Shown: positions 9,543 to 17,740 of the stretch, one piece after another | Numbering within the stretch: position 1 is the first letter of the stretch | Layout: each line of letters starts with the position of its first letter | Assembly (NCBI GenBank): GCA_050175015.1 | Contig: JBFXJJ010000003.1 | Span: forward strand, 128,001 to 192,000 | Reading direction: 5' to 3' | Source of the DNA: Alphaproteobacteria bacterium | GTDB taxonomy: Bacteria > Pseudomonadota > Alphaproteobacteria > JBFXJJ01 | Length of the DNA stretch: 64,000 bases | The notes under the pieces: generated by a model | What the model was told of the DNA's origin: nothing | The model's input: the letters and a program-made list of their open reading frames with translations, nothing else | Databases searched by the model: none | Translations under genes and position numbers: made by a program

Positions 9543-10382
9543 TTAGCGGCTGTTTTGGTTATGATGAATATAAGAAATAGGCGGTCTTTTTATTTCTATT
9601 CCAGCGACTTTCAAAATTTTTTGAAAAATTTGTTTTCTGATAATTTCATTGTTATTCAAAGTCTCAATAAAGTCTTGAGGTGGTGTTTCTTTGGGGTAAT
9701 ATTCTTTGAATCCTTCAAGAAAATTTTTACCGCTAACTTCAGGGTGAAAACCACAAAGAACGGCTCTGCCTTGACCATATTGGCACTCAATCGCAGCGTT
9801 TTTTTTATCACCATCTTTAGTTAGGTATGATGCAATAACAGAATGATTTTGATTGTTATTGGAAGATTGCGCCTCAAAGCTTGGGCCTTCTTGATAATAA
9901 ATATTGGTGGTTTCGCCATTTTCAAGCTCAACTTTAGCTGCCGATGCTGGAAACTTTTGCGCAGGCAGTTCATCAAGATTGGCAACAGGTCCTTCTGCTT
10001 TGCCATTAAAAAAGCCAAGCTCTCTTTCAGAAAGGATTTCTTTCTTTTCACCTTTAGCATATTCAATATTTTTGCAGGCATAATAAGCTCCGGCACAAAA
10101 GCCGATATAAGAGCCCCCGTGCCTTACGTAGTCTTTGATAACCTGATTGCCGATACCATTTAATTTTTTAGCATATCCTGTATCGTGTCCACCAGGCATT
10201 ACAAAAGCTGCGGCATCGTTTAAAATTTCAGGATTATTTATAAGTTTTTCTGCATTAATAAAGCGTATTCCTACAAAATCTCTTACCTCTTTTGTGATTT
10301 CCTGACTTAGGCAGGAAACAAAGAAAGGATCCGCTCCTTCGTCACGATAGATATAAACATATTTTTTGAGAGGATCAATCAA
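9543..10382 (-). CDS. stand-alone BPL_N (biotin-protein-ligase N-terminal, class I GATase-like) protein
   Basis: VYIYRDEG, FVMPGG.D, YIGFCAGAYY, G.AVLCGFHPE. Confidence 0.85.
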   Translation of the reverse strand: MIDPLKKYVYIYRDEGADPFFVSCLSQEITKEVRDFVGIRFINAEKLINNPEILNDAAAFVMPGGHDTGYAKKLNGIGNQVIKDYVRHGGSYIGFCAGAYYACKNIEYAKGEKKEILSERELGFFNGKAEGPVANLDELPAQKFPASAAKVELENGETTNIYYQEGPSFEAQSSNNNQNHSVIASYLTKDGDKKNAAIECQYGQGRAVLCGFHPEVSGKNFLEGFKEYYPKETPPQDFIETLNNNEIIRKQIFQKILKVAGIEIKRPPISYIHHNQNSR

Positions 10383-10403
10383 ATGTATATCCTATCTATT
10401 TTA

Positions 10404-11234
10404 TTAAACCAAACTAATGATAACAGCAGATAAACCTAAAATCCAGCAATAAGGAGCAAAGAGATAGAAACGTCCGCCTTTAACAATGCGCATTAATATT
10501 CGCAGAGAAATATAACCGATAATAAAAGCTGCGATTGTTCCATAGATAGTAGCATAGTTAAGGTTTAAGTCGGAGGTTTCTAAAGCATCTTTTATGTTAA
10601 GCAGAGTTGCGCCTAAAATAGCAGGAATTGATAAAAGAAACGAAAAACGAGCAGCAAGTTCCCGTTCAATTCCTAAAAACAGCCCCGTAACAACCGTTGT
10701 TCCAGAACGAGATATTCCTGGAATCGCAGCAATTCCTTGACTAATACCAATAATAAATGCCCATTTAAAAGAAAATTCTTTGATGCTGGCTTTGGGTTTA
10801 GAAAAATACTTAGAGATCCATAAAATAATCCCAGTTGTAAACAGCATTAAGCTTACAATAGTTAAAGAGGAAAATAAAACCTTGCCGTATTTTTCAATTA
10901 ACAATCCAATAATTGCGGTTGGAACAGATCCGATAATTATGAGACAAGCCATTTTGAAATTGACATCATTTTGCAACAGCTCTTTGGTGTTTTTTCTTAA
11001 AATCAAGCTCGCGAAAAGCTTGAAGCAAGATTTAATCATAAGCATTATATCTTGGAAAAAAACCACAAAAACGGCGAGAAGAGTTCCAAAATGTAAGGCA
11101 ATGCTAAAAGATAAAGAGGGTTCAGATATACCAAAAAAATACTGGCCTAAAAAAAGATGTCCCGAGCTGCTTACAGGTAGAAATTCGGTTATACCTTGCA
11201 AGATGCCTAAAAGTATTGATTGGTATAGTTCCAT
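10404..11234 (-). CDS. uppP: undecaprenyl-diphosphate phosphatase
   Basis: QGITEFLPVSSSGH, PGISRSGTT, RFSFLLSIP. Confidence 0.96.
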   Translation of the reverse strand: MELYQSILLGILQGITEFLPVSSSGHLFLGQYFFGISEPSLSFSIALHFGTLLAVFVVFFQDIMLMIKSCFKLFASLILRKNTKELLQNDVNFKMACLIIIGSVPTAIIGLLIEKYGKVLFSSLTIVSLMLFTTGIILWISKYFSKPKASIKEFSFKWAFIIGISQGIAAIPGISRSGTTVVTGLFLGIERELAARFSFLLSIPAILGATLLNIKDALETSDLNLNYATIYGTIAAFIIGYISLRILMRIVKGGRFYLFAPYCWILGLSAVIISLV

Positions 11235-11393
11235 ATTTTGTTTCCTAGTGTTTTAAAATGTTTTTATTTTTGTAATCGGAGAAATAAAAAATTACAAATT
11301 TTTTATAGCAAATTTTAATACTTAAAGATAATAATATAAATACTATATAAAAATATAATTTTAAAAACTTCTTAAAAATTTAAGGAAATAAAA

Positions 11394-12455
11394 ATGCGTT
11401 TAAAACAAATATCATTAGCAATAATGCTGTTTTTTTTAGCTGTTGCTTTTTCTAAAACGGTCGCAGCTGATGCTTATTTTGATGAAGTTTTAACTAAGGC
11501 AGAAGCTGGTGACGTTGACTCTCAATATGAGTTGGGAATGATTTATCTTGGTTCTCAATCTGGAACCGAAGATCATAAGCAAGGAAGAGAGTGGTTGGAA
11601 AAGGCTGCTAATCAAGGACATACGATGTCTCAAATTACGCTTGGGAATATCTATGTTGATGGTCAAGGTGTGGATCAAGATTATAAAAAAGCCTTTAACT
11701 GGTATAAAAAGGCCGCTGAGCAAAAATGTGTTTTAGCAACTATCAGCATTGGGGCGATGTATAACCAAAGCTTAGTTGATTCAGAAAATATAAAAGACGC
11801 CCAAAGATTTTTAGACCAGCACGTTACGGACTTAAAAAATACGGCATCTCTAGGTGGTGCCAAAGATCAGTTTATCCTTGGTAACTGCTATAAAGAAGGG
11901 CAAATTTGCCCTCAGGATAATAAAGAGGCGATTAAATGGTATCGCAAAGCTGCAGAGCAAGGATACGCAGGAGCCGAATTTATTTTAGGATATATGTACC
12001 ACGAAGGACAGGGCATATCTAAAAATTTAGACGAAGCCTTAAAATTATATCAAAGTGCTGCGGAAAAAGAATATGCTGATGCCGAATATGCCTTGGGTTC
12101 AATGTATGAAGTTGGAGAGGGCGTATCAAAAAGCCCTAAAAGAGCGTTTGAATACCTATCTAAAGCCGCAGAGCAAGGACATTTAGAAGCACAAAAGGAC
12201 GTTGCCTTAAAATACTATAATGGCGAAGGTGTGGCTAAAGATTATACTAAAGCTTTGATGTGGCTTATGATTTCTTCCAGTATGGGGCTAGATGATGCCG
12301 CAAAAGAGATGAATGAAATTTTAGTTTCAAAAAATGTAAGCCCTGAGCAGATTTCCGAAGCAAAAACGCTTGCATCAATCTGGAAACCAGAAATATCAGG
12401 AGCTACTAACAATACAATGGATATTTTGAACGCATTATTTAGCACCTGCAATTAG
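11394..12455 (+). CDS. exported SEL1-like repeat protein
   Basis: Signal peptide; about seven SEL1 repeats (WYKKAAEQ, WYRKAAEQG). Confidence 0.92.
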   Translation: MRLKQISLAIMLFFLAVAFSKTVAADAYFDEVLTKAEAGDVDSQYELGMIYLGSQSGTEDHKQGREWLEKAANQGHTMSQITLGNIYVDGQGVDQDYKKAFNWYKKAAEQKCVLATISIGAMYNQSLVDSENIKDAQRFLDQHVTDLKNTASLGGAKDQFILGNCYKEGQICPQDNKEAIKWYRKAAEQGYAGAEFILGYMYHEGQGISKNLDEALKLYQSAAEKEYADAEYALGSMYEVGEGVSKSPKRAFEYLSKAAEQGHLEAQKDVALKYYNGEGVAKDYTKALMWLMISSSMGLDDAAKEMNEILVSKNVSPEQISEAKTLASIWKPEISGATNNTMDILNALFSTCN

Positions 12456-12527
12456 AATATTTTATGGTTAAATAAATTTATTCTAACAATGTAGGAAAGT
12501 TTTTTATCAAATATAGTTTAAGGTTCT

Positions 12528-12648
12528 TTAAGGATTTTTTCAAAAAATCCTTAATATGCGAAGCAAATTTCTAGAATTATAATTGGACTCCTTTATTTTG
12601 CCTTACGGCAAGTGTCTGACGACAGTTTTGCTTTTATCAAAAGCAAAA
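12528..12648. repeat. cluster of short inverted repeats (REP/MITE-like)
   Basis: TTAAGGATTTTTT-C-AAAAAATCCTTAA; TTGCC-ttac-GGCAA; TGTC-tgac-GACA; TTTTGCTTTT-atc-AAAAGCAAAA. Confidence 0.5.
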
Positions 12649-12717
12649 GTAAAATCTTCTTACAGATATTGTGGGATATAAATGAAATAATGATAATTGC
12701 TACAGCTCTGCCATAAC

Positions 12718-12754
12718 AAAATGACCGTTAAGATATTAACTTAACGGTCATTTT
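12718..12754 (-). terminator. intrinsic terminator of autotransporter gene
   Basis: AAAATGACCGTTAAG...CTTAACGGTCATTTT perfect inverted repeat. Confidence 0.8.
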
Positions 12755-12776
12755 CTATCTATTAAACTAAATTATT

Positions 12777-15700
12777 TTACCAAGAATATTTAACACCCAC
12801 AGACACACCGTGAGAAGTTCTGTTTTCTCTTAATTCAGCTTCGTAATCGATATTAAAGATCATATTGTCTTTTTCACCAAAGCTAAATCCTGTTGCAAGG
12901 TCTAAAGCATTCTTTCCTGGATTTGCAGGATAGGTTCTAATGGTTGTGTTATGAAGTCTAGCTTCACTGTGATCATAATAGCCGTTCCCTATATCTCTTA
13001 ACCAAGCAATTCTAGCTCTTAACTCTCCATCAAGACCGTCGTCACTCTTGAATTCGGTATTGGTTCTAAACCCAATTCTTGTTTGAGGAGCGACTACCGT
13101 TTGAGAAAAGTAATGCATAGCAACAGCAGCGCTACCATTTTCAACAAAGGCATTTTGCTTCATCCACTCTAATCTTAAACCCACAAAAGGTACAATGAAA
13201 CCATAACCAGTTATAAAGCTTTTACCGCCTTCAACATCGCCTAAGAGACTGTATCCAGAAGACGTTCCATAAACATACTGATCGCCGCCAGCAAGACTTA
13301 CTATACGAGACTCACGATAACGATCAATAGAAAAACCTACAGAACTATCAATATAGTAGTTTTCTGTTGGAGTATAAGAACTGTAGCCTAATAATTGCCA
13401 GCTTTCTACTCTGCCGCTGCCATTATCTTCAGAATCAAGTTCGGTATTCATATTTGATATCGCTAAACCAGTCATAAGCTTAGGGCTAATCTTAGTATCG
13501 CCACCGATTACAACGCCAAAAGTTCTAGCGGTATAACCAAGAGCATTATCATCAGCTCCTGTTTTACTGTGTTTACCAAAAACCTTGCCCCAAACATTGT
13601 TATCTGGAGATAAGCCCAAAATGTTATTTGCAATATCTTTTGTTATACCAGAGGTCTCTTCTGAAAGATCAAATTCCGCCTGAGGGCTTACAGCACTGGT
13701 TTTAAAATCATTTCTTTTGCCCGCAAGTCTTGTAGCCACAACCTTAGAAGTTTCGGCTCTAGCTTGTCCTGCAACTGCCATAGAATTGGTTTTGTTTTCA
13801 CCTGTAATTTGGCGTAAAGCTCGGCTCATATGGGTTTCATCTAAAGTAGATAAATTGTCAAATAAGTATTTAGCATTACTATCAGCTATCGCTGCTCCAG
13901 CTGATGGACGGATTTGATCTAAAGCTTTGCCTGCTTCGGACTCGTTGCCAGATAATTTCAAGTTTGGCAGCGAAGTAAATGAAGTTGGAGTTACAACCAA
14001 GGAAATAACAGTATCTCCATAGATAATATCAAAGCGGGTTCCGCTGGCTAAGCCAGATCCTGGCTGTGTTAAGGTTGCAAATTCTCCAAGAATACCGCCA
14101 TTGGCCTCAACAATGTCAAAGGTATCACCTATTTCAGGGGTAAAATTGTTGTTTGCTAAACCAGTTATTCCTCTTAAAATCGGCTTTAGTTCACCATCTG
14201 CTGTGTAAGTACTTCCAACACCAGTAACTAATAGACGGTCGTAGTTGCCTGCACCTATTCCTGTGCCTGTACCATCAACATCAATATCAAGAGTACTTCC
14301 AACTGCTTGGACAACCGAACCAACAGAAATTAAAATTCCAGGTGAGTTACCAGGAGATAAGTTACCATAAACTGTAATGCTGCCTCCAATGGTTCCTGAA
14401 CCTTGTAAGGTTCCACCTGCTTGGACAATTGCACCGCCGGTAATCGATCCATTTAAGGCTAGTACACCTTGTTGTATGCAAGCACCTAAAGAGTTTGCGA
14501 CAAGACCTGACATAATAAGTTTGCCGCTGCCATCTTTTACAAGACAGCCTGTTCCTGATACATTGCCAGAAGCGGTTACATCGTTACCATTAGTATCAAT
14601 TGTTCCATCATTACCAGAAACTTCAATATCTCTACCTATTGTGAAATCTGTTCCTGCGGTTAAAGTGCCGCCGTCAAATTCGAGACTTGAAGTCGATGTT
14701 CCAAGAGCGGAGTCTGAGCTAACAATAAGTGAACCTTCTTGGATTAAAGTACCTGTATAGGTATTAGTTCCGGTTAAGGTTAAGCCGCCAGTTCCAGCTT
14801 TTATCAGTTTGCCAACGCCAGATATGGTTCCTGAGGCAGTTACATCATTGCTTCCAGTGTTAAGAGTTCCGTTATTGGCGGAGATGTCAACATCACGGGC
14901 AAGCGTTGTAAAACCTGCTGCGGTTTCTAACGTGCCGCCATCAAGCTCTAAATCAGAGCCTGCTGCACCTAATGCATTATCAGAAGAAGCTACGACTGTA
15001 CCTTCTTGAATAAGTGTTCCCGCTTGAGTGTTTGTCCCAGTTAGGGTTAAGTCGCCTGTTCCAGTTTTTATCAGTTTGCCAACACCAGATATGGTTCCAG
15101 AGGCTGTTATATCATTGCTTCCAGTGTTAAGAGTTCCGTTATTAGCAGAGATGTCAACATCACGGGCAAGCGTTGTAAAGCCTGCTGCGGTTTCTAACGT
15201 GCCGCCATCAAGCTCTAAATCAGAGCCTGCTGCACCTAACGCACTATCAGAAGAAGCAATAACGGTGCCTTCTTGAATAAGGGTTCCTGCTTGAGTATTG
15301 GTTCCTGTTAGGGTTAAATCGCCATTACCTGTTTTAATAAGTTTTCCGTTACCTGTTAAATCGCCAGAGACTACGCCGTCGTTATCTTGAGTGTCAAACT
15401 CCGTATCGCTGTCAAAAGAAAGGTCAGCAGTAACATCATCACCATCATCAAAACGAACTTCATTATCTCGATCATCAAGATCTACAGAATCACCCTCAGT
15501 TCCAGAGCCATCTAAAACTAAAGGACCAGAGGAAGGGGGAGGATCTGCGGCAGGCTCACCACCAATGCCAACCGAAGCTACGCCTGTAACGAAAAATTCT
15601 TGCGGTAAAGTTAAACCTGTGCCAGGAGAAAATGTAGAAATTACAATATAATAATCAGTGTCAGCTTCAAGTTCTGTTTGAAAAGCAGGGCAAAGACCTG

Positions 15701-16097
15701 AAGAACCTCTACAACTAGGTGTGGTTGGAAAATACGATTGGTTGCCATCGTCATTAAAGGCTAAAAAATTGGTAGCAGGGGACGTTGGGTCAAAAGAATT
15801 TTCATAAACCAGCATAACGGTATCAACGTTAGCTAATATCTGCCCCATTTTATAGGTTCCAGATGTCGTTGGAGTAAAATATTCTACAACGTAATTATAA
15901 ACATAGCCTCCAGTACCTAGATTACCTGCGGTAGTCGAATTGCCTAGATAGCTATTGGATAATGACCAAGTCTCAACACTATGACTGTCATCATCTGACA
16001 CGGTAAAATATGTAGTAACATCAGCTTCTGCGTGTGTAGCCATAAACGCAAAAACACTGCCTATGAAAATAGACATCAAAAAGTTATTAAATTTCAT
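12777..16097 (-). CDS. type Va autotransporter with PATR repeats
   Basis: Signal peptide; LIKTGxGxLTLTGTNT repeats; LSPGNSPG; C-terminal beta-barrel ending VGVKYSW. Confidence 0.93.
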   Translation of the reverse strand: MKFNNFLMSIFIGSVFAFMATHAEADVTTYFTVSDDDSHSVETWSLSNSYLGNSTTAGNLGTGGYVYNYVVEYFTPTTSGTYKMGQILANVDTVMLVYENSFDPTSPATNFLAFNDDGNQSYFPTTPSCRGSSGLCPAFQTELEADTDYYIVISTFSPGTGLTLPQEFFVTGVASVGIGGEPAADPPPSSGPLVLDGSGTEGDSVDLDDRDNEVRFDDGDDVTADLSFDSDTEFDTQDNDGVVSGDLTGNGKLIKTGNGDLTLTGTNTQAGTLIQEGTVIASSDSALGAAGSDLELDGGTLETAAGFTTLARDVDISANNGTLNTGSNDITASGTISGVGKLIKTGTGDLTLTGTNTQAGTLIQEGTVVASSDNALGAAGSDLELDGGTLETAAGFTTLARDVDISANNGTLNTGSNDVTASGTISGVGKLIKAGTGGLTLTGTNTYTGTLIQEGSLIVSSDSALGTSTSSLEFDGGTLTAGTDFTIGRDIEVSGNDGTIDTNGNDVTASGNVSGTGCLVKDGSGKLIMSGLVANSLGACIQQGVLALNGSITGGAIVQAGGTLQGSGTIGGSITVYGNLSPGNSPGILISVGSVVQAVGSTLDIDVDGTGTGIGAGNYDRLLVTGVGSTYTADGELKPILRGITGLANNNFTPEIGDTFDIVEANGGILGEFATLTQPGSGLASGTRFDIIYGDTVISLVVTPTSFTSLPNLKLSGNESEAGKALDQIRPSAGAAIADSNAKYLFDNLSTLDETHMSRALRQITGENKTNSMAVAGQARAETSKVVATRLAGKRNDFKTSAVSPQAEFDLSEETSGITKDIANNILGLSPDNNVWGKVFGKHSKTGADDNALGYTARTFGVVIGGDTKISPKLMTGLAISNMNTELDSEDNGSGRVESWQLLGYSSYTPTENYYIDSSVGFSIDRYRESRIVSLAGGDQYVYGTSSGYSLLGDVEGGKSFITGYGFIVPFVGLRLEWMKQNAFVENGSAAVAMHYFSQTVVAPQTRIGFRTNTEFKSDDGLDGELRARIAWLRDIGNGYYDHSEARLHNTTIRTYPANPGKNALDLATGFSFGEKDNMIFNIDYEAELRENRTSHGVSVGVKYSW
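14540..15350 (-). repeat. 267-nt (89-aa) intragenic tandem repeat; two near-identical copies plus one diverged
   Basis: TAAGAGTTCCGTTATT at 14861 and 15128; repeated peptide GKLIK...TASGTISGV. Confidence 0.9.
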
Positions 16098-16172
16098 CAG
16101 TTTTCCCCTGATAGTACCCTTTAGCTTAACTTTTTATCAGATTTTTTAAAAAAAAGCTACTATATTTTAGTT

Positions 16173-16715
16173 CTAAAAAACGTTTTTTAACTGCAATATA
16201 ATAGGAGAATTACTTATTGATGGATTGTTTTTAGCATAGTCTAATGCTGTATAGCCATTATCATCTTTAACAATTGTATCAGCCCCGGCTTCGATTAACA
16301 ATTTAAGAGAAAGTCCATCTCGAGTTGAGCGGGCAGCCAACATTAAAGCTGTCACATTAAATTTGCCTACAGCATTGACATCAATATCTGTCTTAAGAAT
16401 CGCCTTTAAGACATCAATATTATAATTGCCTAGAGCCGCCATTAAAACAGTGGCGCCAACGCTATTGCGAGCATTAACCTTGGCCCCTTTTTCAATAAGG
16501 AGCTCAACAACTTCTACCGAAGGATTATATTGAGCAGCAACCATCAAGGCTGTTACACCATTGGGACTGGTATCGTTAACATCAGCTCCATTTTTTATGG
16601 CTTCTTTTATTTCCTTAAAACTGCCATCTTTAATCAAGGTTAAAAAACTTGCATCGGCAAAAACTGTGTTACAGATAAAAATAGCTGTAAAAATTAGGCA
16701 AAAGTATTTTTTCAT
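16173..16715 (-). CDS. exported ankyrin-repeat protein
   Basis: GVTALMVAA, GADVN, GYTALDYA; signal peptide from MKKYF. Confidence 0.92.
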   Translation of the reverse strand: MKKYFCLIFTAIFICNTVFADASFLTLIKDGSFKEIKEAIKNGADVNDTSPNGVTALMVAAQYNPSVEVVELLIEKGAKVNARNSVGATVLMAALGNYNIDVLKAILKTDIDVNAVGKFNVTALMLAARSTRDGLSLKLLIEAGADTIVKDDNGYTALDYAKNNPSISNSPIILQLKNVF

Positions 16716-16799
16716 AATTACTTTATATATCAAGGATAATAAAAAATAACAATAGACATTAAGTTTTGAATATTTTTTGATTAAATGATATTTAGATAG

Positions 16800-16828
16800 T
16801 TGACGAGTTGTAATCTATGATTTATTAA
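16800..16828 (+). promoter_or_regulatory. putative sigma70 promoter of tRNA-Ser
   Basis: TTGACG-N17-TATTAA. Confidence 0.5.
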
Positions 16829-16850
16829 TGTTTTTAGATTACCTTTTTGT

Positions 16851-16938
16851 GGAGAGATGGCAGAGTGGTAATGCAGCGGATTGCTAATCCGTGAACCCAG
16901 TTTGGGTTCCCAGGGTTCAAATCCCTGTCTCTCCGCCA
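16851..16938 (+). tRNA. tRNA-Ser(GCT)
   Basis: GGAGAGA/TCTCTCC acceptor, anticodon loop TTGCTAA, long variable arm, GTTCAAATCC T-loop, encoded CCA. Confidence 0.96.
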
Positions 16939-16942
16939 ATTT

Positions 16943-16969
16943 AAGCCCTTCTTTATAGAAGGGCTTTTT
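16943..16969 (+). terminator. intrinsic terminator after tRNA
   Basis: AAGCCCTTCT-ttat-AGAAGGGCTTTTT. Confidence 0.85.
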
Positions 16970-17058
16970 GTTTTTTAAAGGGTCGTTTAAGTTAATTTTG
17001 GCTATTTTATCTGGAGTAAATTAGCAATTTAAATTAGGCTTATATAGAGGTTGTATTT

Positions 17059-17610
17059 ATGGAAAAGCTTGAAAAATTGGGCAGACGAATTTGCATTTTA
17101 GGTCCTAGCTCCAGCGGCAAATCAACTTTAGCTAATGCGTTATCTAAGAAGCTTAATGTAGAATTTTTTCATTTAGATCTCTGCGCTCATTTAGAAAACA
17201 CTGATTGGGTGCGAAAGCCAGATGATATTTTTTTAAAAGATCATAATGAAATTATAGCAAAAGAAAATTGGATTATCGATGGCAACTATCGTGTTTCAAT
17301 GCCGCAGAGAATGGCAAGGGCGACAGGAGTAATATGGCTCGACTTTAATGTTTGGTGTTGTGTTTGGCGTTATGTTAAAAGATGTTATTCTAAAAATCAG
17401 GGGCGTTATGGATCGCTTTCTGGTGCTTCTAGGGAGTTCAATTGGAATCTTATAAAATTTACGATTTATAATTATCCTAAAAACAGGCTAAGGTATCAGG
17501 AAATTTTGCAAGATAAGAAATATCCTGTTTTAAAAATAAAAAATCTGAAAGAGCTCAATCAGTATTATGATTATTGGAAGCTTGATAAAGATATTATAAG
17601 AAATCGTTAA
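17059..17610 (+). CDS. FlaR/topology-modulation family P-loop kinase
   Basis: GPSSSGKSTLA, HLD, WIIDGNY. Confidence 0.85.
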   Translation: MEKLEKLGRRICILGPSSSGKSTLANALSKKLNVEFFHLDLCAHLENTDWVRKPDDIFLKDHNEIIAKENWIIDGNYRVSMPQRMARATGVIWLDFNVWCCVWRYVKRCYSKNQGRYGSLSGASREFNWNLIKFTIYNYPKNRLRYQEILQDKKYPVLKIKNLKELNQYYDYWKLDKDIIRNR

Positions 17611-17740
17611 AAAAGTAATATTATAGTAATAATTATAGCATTAAAATAAAGCAAAACTATGATAAAAAGCGTTGCTATTAAAAAGTTTTTTTTAATATAA
17701 TAACTTTTAAAAGCTTTGGGTTTTAAACAGGGAAAATCAC

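Noticed and set aside
10780-11256. 158-aa antisense ORF (and similar antisense ORFs at 49062, 54683, 14377, 33979)
   Set aside because: Lie wholly opposite well-supported genes; no motifs or RBS
16851-17610. tRNA-Ser as integration site of an island
   Set aside because: No integrase and no duplicated tRNA 3' end found; own terminator follows immediately
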